Assembly (NCBI RefSeq): GCF_963921235.1
Contig: NC_086114.1
Coordinates: forward strand, 44,888,001-44,952,000
Length of the DNA stretch: 64,000 nt
Source: Mobula hypostoma
Taxonomy: Eukaryota
Direction of reading: 5' to 3'
Shown here: piece by piece, positions 51,984 to 64,000 of the stretch
How the letters are laid out: every line of letters starts with the position of its first letter
Position numbering within the stretch: the first letter of the stretch is position 1
The notes under the pieces: model-generated
Told to the model about the DNA's origin: nothing
The model's input: the letters and a program-made list of their open reading frames with translations, nothing else
The model's database searches: none
Made by a program: the position numbers and the translations under genes

Positions 51984-54359
51984 ATGACCTGCAAAATTTC
52001 TTGTGTCAAAAGATTCCTATTGGTTTTTTTTGGAAGGGAAGGAAGTAGCCCTGCATCACATTTGGGTGGTGGGAGTTGGAGGGGGGGGGATGCACGGTGG
52101 CAGCTGTGAACTAATCCTTTGTGTAAACATTCCCCGGTCCCTGTGGTCAGAAATGCACAGGGTACAAAATAGCTATTGTAGCTTTCAAAGGAAGAGCAGC
52201 TCAGATTACAAACATCTGCGAGCTTTCCTGCCATGCATTCATTCAACAATGAATGGTACCCATTTCCCATGAGCTGAAGGCTAACCTTGTTGATCCCAGC
52301 AACCACCTCAATATGCATTTGCGGTGTAACATCAATCAGTGTTTGGCAGCCAGGATGAATGAAAGAAGGGTCGCCAACAGACATTTATTCCACCTCTTCA
52401 CTCTAAAATGCTGCCGTGAACATAATGATTTAGAAGAATGGATGAAGCAGCTTAAAAGTATTTTTTACCTTGTTCTTAACCTAAATTTGCAGAGTTAAAG
52501 GCCAAAGAGAAACTCATTTGTTGCCACTGTGTACAAGCTTATATTAATGAAACTGTGGTGAAAACAATATGTTTTCCACACAGCTAAAATGTACAAGCAG
52601 CAATACCTGGATGTGTTAAGGAAGTGCTAATGTCTGCAAATTCTATAATGAACTATTACTTATGACCACTTTCCCTAAGGTATTGTAAACATTTTTAACA
52701 GCCTGCAAGGCGAGAAGTGAGTATTTGCATTTATCTGTTTCACCTCTTTCGCAACTAATGTGTTATCTAGTAACTTGTTAAATGGGTAATGGCAATAGGA
52801 TTCTGCGTACAAGGTATTATGAAAAATGGCCAATCAATGACTGTTGTTATGGTCCGGATCTACTGTATGGGTCATCTCCATGTACTATGTGGAATAATTT
52901 CAAGGCATTTTAAACAGATGGAACTTCAGTTTAACATCTCAACTGTAGTACAATCATTCAGAGAGTATATCATGCACTTTGCTCAGATATTGAATTGTTC
53001 GGTGCAACTTTTCTCTGCAAGAGATTTTCATGTATTGTTATTTTACTGAAGATCAAAAGTACATTTGGTCAGGAGGTGCATTTGGGTACTTACCATATTA
53101 TGTTTCCTTGTTACTTGGAAGGAGGCTACTTGGCCACAGAGTCTGTGCTGGCTCTCAGAGCAGTTGCCTCATTCTTATCTCCTGGTTCTTGCTTGATTAT
53201 CCCACCAGCCATCTGCTCTATGGGCAATTTACAATACCAACCAGCATATCTTGGGAATGTGGGAAGAAACCCCTACATTCAGATAAGACTTGATAAGATG
53301 CAATTTAAATTCATGCCATTACGTCATTACATGTCAAACTATGAACCTCCCCACCCCCAGGACCTCCAGGAAATTAAGAACCCTCAGCACCCAGGACATG
53401 CTCACTTCTTATTACTAACTTCAGAGAGGAGGTACAGGAGCCTGAAGACACGCACTCAATGTTTGAGGAACAGCTTCTTCCCCTCCATCAGCAGACGTCT
53501 AAAGAGACAAATAACTAACCCATGAACACTACCTCACTACTTCACAGTTTCCTTTTTGCACTACTTAATTAATTACATTTTTATGTATAGTTCTTTTCAT
53601 AATTTATAGTATATTTTATGTATTGTACTGTACTGCTGCCACAAAGCAAAATATTTCACAACATACATCAGTGATGTTAAATCTGACTTTGATCATGAAA
53701 CTATGACCATCCTTAATAAAAGGTAATTTAAACACACACACTTAATATTCAATGACATTACCTTTGCCATTACCCAAACGTGCATATCCTGGGACTTGCT
53801 ATTGAGCAGAAACTCAGCTAGAACAGTTACATGAATAGTGAGACTTTAAGAATAGGTCAAATGCTAGATACCTTGAAATGATTGACTCACCGAAGCATTT
53901 CTGCCATCAAGGCACATGTCAGAAGTAGAATGGATAGTCTCTGACCTAGATAAATCCAGCTATAACAACACCTAAGAAGATTAGCATCTTCCAGCTGCAC
54001 ACTTGAAGGAGAAACTGAGTTAAGGTTTCAAGTCAATGAAAAAGCACATCTCCAGTATTTTGTTTATTATTTCAGATTTACAACATCTGCAGGATTTTTC
54101 CCCTTTTGAAAATTAGTATTTTCTCCTTGAGGTTTGTATCTAATGATAGCATGTATGTGAATCAATGAAATAAGTATGAAAAAGAGAAATTAAGGAGTTT
54201 AGCTTTATTTGTCACATGTGCATCAAAACATCCAAACATACAATCAAATGTGGCGTTTGCAACAATGGCCAGCACAGACTGAGGGTTGTGCTTAAGGCAT
54301 GCTGTAAGCATCGCACGTTTACAGTGCCAACATAGCATGTGCAATAATATACTAACCCT

Positions 54360-54915
54360 GTTGTTGTTCGTCCATCGTTGACATCGATGAGGACCTCGGC
54401 ACCATAATGATGGTGTCGAGACTAGCGCGTGATTTGGATTTAAGTGAGGGAGAGTTGTGCAGCGTCAGCCTCACTCTCCCTTCCCAATTCCCATCTGGAT
54501 CCAGTGGCAAGACAGAGTCTAGACGGCTGGAGATGGGACTAGGCGCAGTGGATGACCAGGACGTCTTCTGTGTCTTATCCTGCTCTACACGTTCCACGAC
54601 GCTTGCAGAGACCGCCTTCTTGACCGTTGGACCTTCCATTGGTGTCGTCCGCTCAATCCGCTGGAATCTGTCTTCACATGCTGGGATAGACAACTCCCTA
54701 TCTCACCGCGGGTTTGAGACCCGTCGGCTACCCTCACCTGGTTTAGCCGGCTTGTCGAAGCCGTTGCCCGGGGTGTGGCCGCTGTTGCATGCAAACAGCT
54801 ACGGGGAGCCACAGGTGAGAGCTGAGTGCCAGGTGGGGACCAAAGGTGGACTAACCGTCTTGAAGAGGATGCGACATTTTCCCCCACCAGAGGTGCTACC
54901 CCTCCCTGACACCCC
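54360..54915 (-). mobile_element. RTE-type non-autonomous retroposon inside a tRNA-SINE
   Basis: 11-bp TSD ATACTAACCCT (54349-54359, 54916-54926); minus-strand (AAC)n tail; CpG-rich. Confidence 0.75.
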
Positions 54916-56034
54916 ATACTAACCCTAATACATATTGTCTCTGCAATGTGGGAGGAATCCAGAGCACCCAGGGGAAACCCACGTGTTATAGGCGGCGTTG
55001 AGAACTGAACCCTGAATGCGTCATGGGTGCAGTAAACTGCTACGCTATCAGGCCGTCCATTAGGAGCTCTACTTCATTAGGAGTTTGGGGAGAATTAGTA
55101 CGTCATCAAAGACCATCGTGGGCACTAGCCTCCCTAGCACTGAGGATATCTTTAAAAGGCAATGCCTGAAAAAGGTGGCATCAAACACCAAGGACGCCCA
55201 TCACCCAGGAAATGCCCTCTCCTCCTTGCTACCATCAAAGAGGAGGTGCGGAAGCCTGAAGACACACACTCCATGTTTCAGGAACAGCTTCTTACTCTCT
55301 GCCATCAGATTTTTGAATGGACCCTCACTATACTTTTTCTTTGTTTTTTGCTGTCTTTTTACACTACTCATTTATTTTTTATGTATATTTCTTCTTGTTA
55401 CTTTTTTAAAAATTATATATTGCAATGTACTGCTGCCACAAAACAAATGTCACGATATAAATAAACTTGATTCTGATTTTTGCTACTCTGAACCAGACTT
55501 TATTGTTATTTGCTTTACAGTCAGATATTTTCAGAAGGTCAGTGGATAAGGAATGGGATTTTGGCCTAGTTTTTGGAGGCTTCCAGAATACAAAATGCAC
55601 TGAATTTTCTGTTTTATTTCAGACTTCCTGCATTTGTACTTTTATTTGCTTCAACTACAGAAGAGGAGTTTACTTTGAGGAAAAATTGATCAATAAATAT
55701 GCAACACTTTGTGTTAAATATAATGACTTGTACAAAGGTAAATGTTAACTGTATTCATTATAATTCTAGAATAAAATACAATACAATCAGTATTTCTCAT
55801 GTTTTATTTTCCAATTTCAGATTTCCTGCAAGCGCAGTTTCTTTCTGATTTTCATTTCATTTAAATTAATGCTGTCTGCATCTTCAGTCCCTCTTCCCAC
55901 CATGGAACATTAACTATAGATCACAATCTTTCAAACACTTTCTTTTTTCTGGAAATCTGAAATAAAAGCATAAAATTAGGGAAACACTCAACATATTACA
56001 TTTATTCTGGAATTATAATGAATACAGTTGATGC

Positions 56035-56531
56035 ACACTCAATGGTCACTTAATTAGGCACACCTGCTCATTAATGCAAATATCTACTCAGCTAATCATG
56101 TGGCAGCAACTCAATGCATGAAAGCATGCAGATATGGTTAAGAGGTTCAGTTGTTGTTCAGACTGAACATCAGAATGTGGAAGAAGTGTGATCTAAGTGA
56201 TGTTGATCTTGGAATAATTGTTGCTCCCAGAAAGGGTGTTATTGTATCTCAGAAACTGCTATCTCCTGGGATTTTCACACACAAGAGTCTCTAGAGTTTC
56301 AATGAACGGTGAAAAATAACTAAAAGCAGCCAGTTCAGTGCGTTAAAACGTCTTGTTAATGTAAGAGGTCAGGAGAGAAAGGCCAGGCTGGTTCAACAAG
56401 AACCACGTGTTATAACACTGGTATGCGGAACAGTCTGTCGGAATGCACAGCCCATCGAACTTTGAAAGTGGTTGGACTGCAAGAGCAGCATACCACAAAA
56501 ATACTCTTAGTGGTCACTTTATTAGGTACAG
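56035..56531 (+). mobile_element. Tc1/mariner relic
   Basis: TIR-like cactcaatggtcacttaattagg; transposase N-terminus MWKKCDLSDVDLGIIV, similar to Tc1 MGKxxDLSDFDRGxIVG. Confidence 0.75.
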
Positions 56532-56829
56532 GAGATATTGATGAATGGAGATTAGTGTAGATCAGGCTAATGTGCATGTTGAGGTTAAGAAAGTGCATGT
56601 GTTGAAAATTTCCAAAAACATTATGATAAATAAGTCCCCAGAGAGATAGTATGTATTATGAGGAAAGATTGAGCACGTTTGGGCTTTTCTTATTAGAGTG
56701 AAAGGGGTAGAGTTTTTAACACAGAGAGCGGTAAATGCGTAGAACACACTGCCAGGAGTGGTGGTAGAGGCAGATACATTAGGAACATTCAAGAGACGCT
56801 TAGATAGGCACATAGCTAAAAGAGAAATG

Positions 56830-59250
56830 TAAACCGCTTTACTATTCTGCTGCAGAACACGCGAACCCGCTCAGTCCTCAATTTAGCCCAATCACGTGTA
56901 TCTGAGTACACCCTCCCTATTGGGCAGCTGTTGCGTCACAGCTTGCAATGAAATCCATCCTCTAGAAAATATAGTTCCTTTTAATGAAACTATACCAACC
57001 AGATCTTTGACAATTATTAACTTTATGACGTTTCAAACACACTTAATTAATTAATGAAGTCAAAGAAAAAGTTGTGCTAGATTTTTTTTTGTGTGGGTTT
57101 GCCAACCGGCGAATGGATAACCGCAGTTGGTCCTCCAAGAGTGAAAAAGCTGGTCCTCCAGTGGAGTTCCGCGCCGGTTCCTTGTGCTATATGAGGAGCC
57201 GCAGAGCCGGGAGGCGGGCACTTTGTCGGAGCATCTTGGCTGGTCTACGGTTGAGAGAGGTTTGTGTCGGTGAAGTAGCTAAACGGAGGTGGGGGGACTC
57301 AGGGCGGGTTGGATCGGCGTGCACCACGGGTGATGGAGCCATGGGTGGACGAGGGCAGTTGTGCCCGCGAGGCAGTCGGCCTCGGCTGCCTGGCAACCGA
57401 CGAGGTGACCCGACCTGATCTGGGCCAACTGGCTCCACCCTACCGTTCCGCTTCCACCTTCACAACCAGTATCCCATTCAGTAGTTAAACTAGGTTATAA
57501 ATGTTCCACCGATGTTTTAATCTGACTCTGAAGTTCTACCTATTTTCATATCTCGATCGTAAAGGCTTTATTGCGTTATAAATAATCCGTAGTTTTTTTA
57601 TTATTTGTATGTAGGTCTTGCTTTTAAATTTTATTACTTTTCAGCTCGTATTCATTCTTGTTGTGACTTCATTATTTTCTCCGTTTTAATCTGTATTTGT
57701 ATTCTCCTACCCCTCTTTTGAGAGCTGCAACCTTTCTTCCTTGAAGGGCAGTCATCCTGCGGTGGGTTATTCGCACGTAGCCGAGGTTCTGGGGATTGAG
57801 ATTAGCATTTAAAAAAAAAATCCAGATTTTTTAAGAAACTTTAAATATTTACCATATTGATCAGTTTTTTAAAAATTGTTATCTTATCCGGTGCTGCTGT
57901 TCTCCAGCGGAAGCCACTTTTGACAGGCCTATTGTAGAATCAACTGCCCTTGAAATGCACTTAGTTACGCAGTTTTATTAAATTCGTATCAATTCGCATT
58001 TCCTTTTAGTTCGTTAGTCATATTGCTGAACCTCATTGGAGCACTTCTAGATTTTTTTTACGCCTTCACTAGAGACCAAGGTCAACTCAAGCATTGGCAG
58101 GCGGAGAATTATAGCCCGCTGCTTAGTTTAACTTAAATCTCCAGTAACCGCAATCTGCCTGAGAGGTTGGATCCCCTTACCGATAGTGAAGGCGGCAATA
58201 ATGATTCCTGGTGCCAAGCAATGTGATACCTTGGCGCCGGCGAAGCAAGACTGAAAATGAACTTTGAAATCGAATTACCCAGCCAGCTTCTCTTTTCGAG
58301 AGAGATCCTCGCTCTGACCCAATGACTTGGCTGTCTCCCAAGAAGAGAGTTTTGGTTTAAAAATGCCAGTGGTCTGCAACTCACAGGCTCTGTTCCCCTG
58401 TTAAAGATTCTGCATTATTTAAAAAAGATATCTTTTGTATTTGTTGCGCATGGCTTGCACAGTCCTAGAGAGGCCGTTATAAATCCGTTTGTGTAGGAAC
58501 GCATTCCGATTACAATTCAAAGCAAGTTTGTCTAACACTTTTCTGCGTGTTTAAACGTCATTGTGAATATTGTGTAGGTGGGGCTGGCACTACCGGTACT
58601 AGGAACTGCTGCGTGGCTTTACGGTAATGCAGCCACCGACTTGTCCTAATGATCGTTGGGACCCGATAAGCTATCGGTTCAGGGATCAGTGCAGGTTGCT
58701 GTAATTCTTTCTGTTTCTGGGGAGAGGGAAAATGGAACCCATAATTGATTCATTGGTTGATATTTCAAAGCCGAATACTGGTAGCAGACGCCATGATGTC
58801 CATTCTCCAGGTGAAAGAAGGGGTCGGTACGACGCAGTTTGGTGGTTTAAGAATTCGCTATTAAGAATACTGATTTGATTAAGCGCATATAATTTTGAAA
58901 TGTATCGGTTGCCGTTTTTTCTTGTAAGCTTTTGAGCAATTTCCGGAATGATTCACATTTTCTCCTGTGATGTCATTGTATGATTCTTTCTAATCCCCTC
59001 ACTGGGTCCAATTCTGAATGCGAGCCGGATGGCACGTACGCGATATGCCACTGCGACGTGACTGGCACGTGGCCTGAGATGCTTCTGCAGCATTAATCTC
59101 AGCCAGTCGTCAAAGGTTAACATAACAGTAAAATTCTGCTTGATGTCTGAAATGATAATTCTGAAAACGCTGGGGTCAAAGTAGCATCTGTGAAGAGTTA
59201 GCGTTTGGGTTGGTGGCGGTTTTAAAGGGTCTGAATTATCACAGAACCGT
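56830..59250. promoter_or_regulatory. CpG-island-like promoter region
   Basis: Repeat-free and CpG-rich; CCAAT fused to a CACGTG E-box (about 56888-56898), reverse CCAAT (about 56919), TGCGTCA (about 56932), GGGCGG box (about 57302). Confidence 0.7.
57333..57404 (+). CDS. Candidate first coding exon of an unidentified gene (MEPWVDEGSCAREAVGLGCLATDE)
   Basis: Good Kozak context gtgATGG in the CpG island; GAG|GTGACC possible phase-0 donor followed by AT-rich sequence; product not recognised. Confidence 0.3.
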
Positions 59251-59705
59251 ATAACCTTGTGCCATTGTATCAACACTACTGGAAAAGCTGTTTCCAGCAT
59301 CTACTGATAATTTTTTTCTCCTCTCTCTCCCCCCCCCCCCCGTGTTCCCCTAGTAGTTTCCATGTGCATGTAATCGATATCTGATGGGAAAGCTGTGTTT
59401 TAAGCTGAGAACTACTTTGAATTTTGGAGCAGACCTCAGAGTTTGTGATTTTAAAAACTACATTATTATATCTTGTATTGTCACAATAGTTATCATGGTC
59501 ATTTGCCACTGAACAGGTTGCCTGGGGTTTGATTTTATTGCATGGTAAAGGTTTTCGCTAATCTCAGTAAATATCTTAATATGCTGTAAGAGTTTATAGT
59601 GTCTAAATGGTGAAGCAACTCTGTATATTTGAGAGCTTAAAATTACTTTTATAGATAAGCAGATCACACCCTTTTTCAGAGAAAAGCATTTGGTAATCAA
59701 CACAA

Positions 59706-59798
59706 TCCTGACGAAGGGTCTCGGCCTGAAACGTCGACTGCGCCTCTTCCTATAGATGCTGCCTGGCCTGCTGCGTTCACCAGCAACTTTGATGTATG
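59706..59798 (+). mobile_element. 93-nt hammerhead-headed PLE mini-insertion
   Basis: Perfect 16-bp TSD TTGGTAATCAACACAA (59690-59705, 59799-59814); intact core CTGACGA-agggtctcggcct-GAAA-cgTC. Confidence 0.92.
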
Positions 59799-60189
59799 TT
59801 GGTAATCAACACAAATGCTCTTCTTGAAATCTCAGCAAAATGACTGATTTTTTTCCTTTTATTCCTCCATACATTCTTATCTAGGCCCAATTTGAATGCA
59901 TATTCATTATTTGTATTAACGTGTCATTTGGAAGCAATTCTACAATCAATAATTTGTTGATGCAGTTTCTTAATCTCTTGGATTTTTTTGTTTTGGATTT
60001 TCTTTTGAAAATGCTTGTTTGCTCTTTACCACAATTGGAAATACTCCCTTTTCTACTAACATTTTCATAACTGTCTATTTTTCAATATTTTTATTGATAT
60101 TATATAAATTACATGAATACAAATACAAAATTCATAAGGATACAAGTAAATAATACAAATAATATTACATAAAAAAACCTCATATAAAT

Positions 60190-61520
60190 AAAGCTCACCT
60201 TCAAAAAACCAAGCGGAATGGAGGATTTGCCTTACCCAATTTTAGGTTGTATTATTGGGCAGTTAATATACAAAATATTATGTTCTGGATATATTATATT
60301 AACCATGAGAATTGCCCTATATGGGTTTCTTTAGAAGTCAACTCTATTATAAAATTTTCCATTATTTCTTTACTTGGATTCTTGCTTCCTTTATCTTTAA
60401 ATTAACTAATTGACAATGTGGTGGTTAAACATATACAGGTATTGAGGATTTGGTTACAGTTTAGAAAACATTTTGGTTTATTGAGACTCTTCCTCTCGAG
60501 TCCCATATTTTCTAATTGTTTTTTTTAAACCATCTTTAATTGACTTATCTTTTAAAGAATGGGATAGATTGGGTATTAAACAATTTCAGGATTTGTTTGA
60601 TGGAGGGAATCTCTCTTTTGTGCAACTTTCAATGAAATTTAACTTTTCCAACACTTACAGACTTACAGACTAGAGATTTTTTAAGGTCTAAATTACATAC
60701 ATTTCCTACAAGTCCAGACAAAAATATAATACAGTTTTTAATCTGAAACCCCCTGATGACGGTTCAATATCTTACATTTATGGTCTACTGTTGGGACTGA
60801 AAAAGGCCTCTTTAGATAAAATTAAAGGAGATTGGGAGAAGGATTTACAGATTTTCATATCTGAAGAGAGCTGGAAGATTATTTTAAAATTGATTAATTC
60901 TTCATCATTATGTGATGGTCATTCTTTATTGCAATTCAAAGTGGTACATAGAGTTCATATGTCTGAAGACAAGCTCTCTCATTTCTACACAGATATTTCC
61001 CCTTACTGTGATAGATGTACTAATGGAGTGGCCACACTAATTCATATGTTTTGGACATGTCTGAGCCTTGAAAAATTCTGGAAAGATATATTTCACACTT
61101 TTTCTGCACTTTCCAATGTCAGCTTTAAGCCCAATCCTTTGACTGCCGTGTTTGGTATTGTTTAGGATAGTGCTACAAAATTGAAGCCATCTAATTTGCG
61201 GGTATTGGCCTTTGTCTCTTATGGCCAGGAGGGCGATCTTGCTCAAGTGGAAGGAGGCTGCCCCGCCCACTCATGTTCAGTGGCTATCTGACATTATGTT
61301 GTGCCTTGATCTAGAGAAGATTTGTTGTTCGATTTCTGATTCTAAACTTGATTTTCTAATGTTATGGGGACCCTTTCTGAATTACTTTCACAATCTTTGA
61401 ACTGTTATTAAAGTATGGATCTGAGCCATTCTTAATATCATATGGTAAGGTATTGTGTTTCTTATTTTTTTTAACCAACCAGCTCATTTTGGTAGTGGGG
61501 TAGATCTTTTTTAATAAAAT
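60190..61520 (+). mobile_element. L1-clade LINE ORF2 3' fragment
   Basis: GGFALPNFRLYYWA; QFKVVHR; Zn knuckle CDRC...HMFWTC; ILLKWK. Confidence 0.88.
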
Positions 61521-62409
61521 AGTTATTTAATTTCATAATTCAATCTTTTTTCTACATGATTGATTTGGAATATGGGATACTCTGATCATATTACTGTGAT
61601 AACCATCTCAACTTGGTTGACTTCTGTTTTGGAGAGGAAGTAGATTTGCTGTTCATTCATTGGTGCATAACTTTGCAAATCTGTGGGCTACAAAGCTGCT
61701 GAGGGATGAGTTATCAAGACTGACTCTGGCATTTAGTTTCTGTAGCCAGTATTTTAAGGGTGTTTGTAATGGAGCTACTGGCAGATAATTGGAATGTATT
61801 GAGATGGTGTGGAAGAAAATGAATTGTTAAAGTATAAATCTCAAGATAATGGTCTCTATCACCAGAACATAAGTGCGAATGAGCAAGGTTATTCTTTTGT
61901 TGACTTTAGGAATAGAGTGTAGAAGTAAATTCTTACTTCTGTATAAAGATAGCAAATGCTGGAAATTTCATCAAAATTGGGATCTGTTATTTACATGGAG
62001 TGCTGGCATAAGAAGGCAGTATTCATCAGACATCATCCAGGCCATGTTCTTTGATCTATTTGCATATGACAGTGGCTACGCCCTAGTACAGCTCTTTGAC
62101 ATTTTGGCTCAGCCAGCTGAGGGCAGCTGGTGGGCCTCATACCCCAGTGAGATGGTGACTCTGGTGGACTGGATGGATGAGATCAACAGTGAGATATAAA
62201 GCCCAGGATGGTGGCTCTGCAACACTTTGTGGAGAATGAAAGGGCATGGTAAAGCACAGAAGAAGTAATAGTCGTTTACTGCAACCAAGCAAGACCCCAG
62301 TTCGTGACGACTACGCGTACAACAAGACTCAGACTTCTGAGGTCAAGGGAATAGTCCAACGGCTTCTCCACTAAAAACACTCCTGCGCGAATCCCATCAT
62401 TGTTGAATA

Positions 62410-63040
62410 TTAGATTAGATTATGAGAACACTCAGTCCTCATTTATTGTCATTTAGAAATGCATGCATTAAGAAATTATACAATGTTCCTCCAGTATGAT
62501 ATCACAGAAACACAGGACAGACCAAGACTAAACTGACAAAACCACATAATTATAACATATAGTTACAATAGTGCAAAGCAATACTGTAATTTGATAAAGC
62601 GCAGACCATGGCCATGGTAAAAAAAAAGTCTCAAAGTCCCGATAGCCCCATCATCTCACGCAGACGGTAGAAGGGAGAAACTCTCCCTGCTATGAACCTC
62701 CAGCAGCGCAAACTTGCTGATGCAGCACCCTGGAAACAGCTGACTGAGTCCGTCCGGAAACTTCGAGCCTCGGCCAAGCATCATCTCTGCCAAGCGCTTC
62801 GACCTCGCCCCGGCTGCCGAGCAACAAGCAAAGCCGAGGACTCGGGGCCTTCCCCTCCAGAGATTCTGGATCACACAGTAGCAGCGGCAGCGAAACAGGC
62901 ATTTCAGAAGTTTCACCAGATGTTCCTCTGCGCTGTCATGTCTGCCTCCATCAAATCAGGATTGTGCACGGCACCCTACTTGACAAATAACAGATATTCA
63001 TCACCGGAGTGGCCGCTGTGTCGTGCCACCGTCTTCTCCT
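62410..63040 (-). mobile_element. Non-autonomous retroposon, same family as 11005-11630
   Basis: (TTAGA)n tail and shared body. Confidence 0.75.
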
Positions 63041-63334
63041 CTCTTATATGACAGATAACCAACCTTACATATTTTGATAATAAACATCTCAAATTTCAAG
63101 TATAGGTTGCATAGAAAGGTGGGGGTGGGTTAGAGGATGAAAGTAAAAGTGATGGGGAGGAAATATAGAGATTAAATGGCATAACAGGGCATAGTTTGAA
63201 AGATGTGGTAATAGAACGTCTGGAAGGCTGTAAATGGCTGAAAATTTTATATTCAAGAGCAGAAGGGGAAGGAACTGCAGTAGAGGATGGTATTGCACCA
63301 TCTGAGGTTGCTGCATTGAATGTTCTGAAGGCTA

Positions 63335-63620
63335 TACTGTAGCCTAGTGGTTAGCATGAAGCTATTGTAGCTTGGTGCTTTAGAGTTCAGAGTTCAATTC
63401 CAACATCATCTGTATGTATGTCCCCCATGTGAAATGTGTGGGTTTCCTCCGGGTACTCCAGTTTCCTCCCACAGTCCAAACTCCTGGTTGTTAGGTTAAT
63501 TGGTCATTGTAAATCATCTCATGGTTAGGTGAGGGTTAAATCGGGGAGTGGGGTGTTGCTGGGCAGTGCAGTTCAAAGGTCTGGAAGGACCAACTCCACA
63601 CTGTATCTCTAAATAAATAT
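63335..63620 (+). mobile_element. tRNA-derived SINE
   Basis: A box tagcctagtgg, B box gttcaattcc, core ggtttcctccgggtactccagtttcctcccacagtccaaa, aaataaa tail. Confidence 0.75.
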
Positions 63621-64000
63621 CTCCTTTAGGATACAAGATGCTGTCTTGAAGTTTTTCACTGAGGTTTGGAGAAGTGTGAGTGAGCAAACGGAGGTTAGAC
63701 TGGGATAAAGGATTAATGTAGCTAGACTGAAAAAGCTGGGTGGTTCTCCTTGGACAAGAAGCTACAAAAGATGTACAGGGAACTACAAACGGTGTAAATG
63801 AAGTAGGGTAGAATAAAGGTGATCAGTAAAAGAATCAAAATTGATGTGAAACAGTTGTTGGTGTCTAGAATGTACAGTACGCAAGGCGCTCAAAAGAATC
63901 TGTTGTGTGATAGGAAGATTAGGGGAGCTGGATTGTTTCTGCAATACGATGGGGGAGTGAAATTCAAAAGTCGCATGTTGCTTTTACCCTGTATTTCTTG

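Noticed and set aside
51251-52384. 190-aa and 164-aa minus-strand ORFs
   Set aside because: The first is a CR1 C-terminus fused to PLE UTR; the second runs through PLE UTR and has no recognisable domain
57074-57438. 114-aa and 83-aa ORFs across the CpG island
   Set aside because: Arg/Gly/Pro-rich frames are expected by chance in GC-rich DNA; no recognisable homology
1-64000. CRISPR arrays, operons or other prokaryotic systems
   Set aside because: No repeat-spacer arrays or gene-dense regions; all recognisable content is vertebrate-type transposable elements

Overview
Eukaryotic, repeat-dominated vertebrate DNA. The mix of CR1, Rex1/Babar, Neptune-type Penelope, Tx1/L1 and tRNA-SINE repeats suggests a cartilaginous fish, probably a ray (inference). 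Most of the window is nested, decayed transposable elements: many CR1 and Rex1/Babar LINE fragments, Tx1 and L1 remnants, three decayed Ty3/Gypsy proviruses, two solo LTRs, a probable class III ERV-like integrase relic, Chapaev3 and Tc1 relics, and hAT- and Harbinger-like MITEs. I could not name any host protein-coding gene. A CpG-rich promoter-like region with candidate first exons lies at about 56.8-59.3 kb. Two things stand out. (1) A Penelope-like retroelement family carries a minimal hammerhead-ribozyme motif. It occurs as a near-full copy, as fold-back insertions with about 14-bp TSDs and a constant 35-nt one-sided tail, and as 93-130-nt ribozyme-headed mini-insertions. (2) A chromovirus-type LTR element has a tRNA-Gly-like module with Pol III A/B boxes at the U5 end of both LTRs. 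All calls are by eye; no database searches were run.
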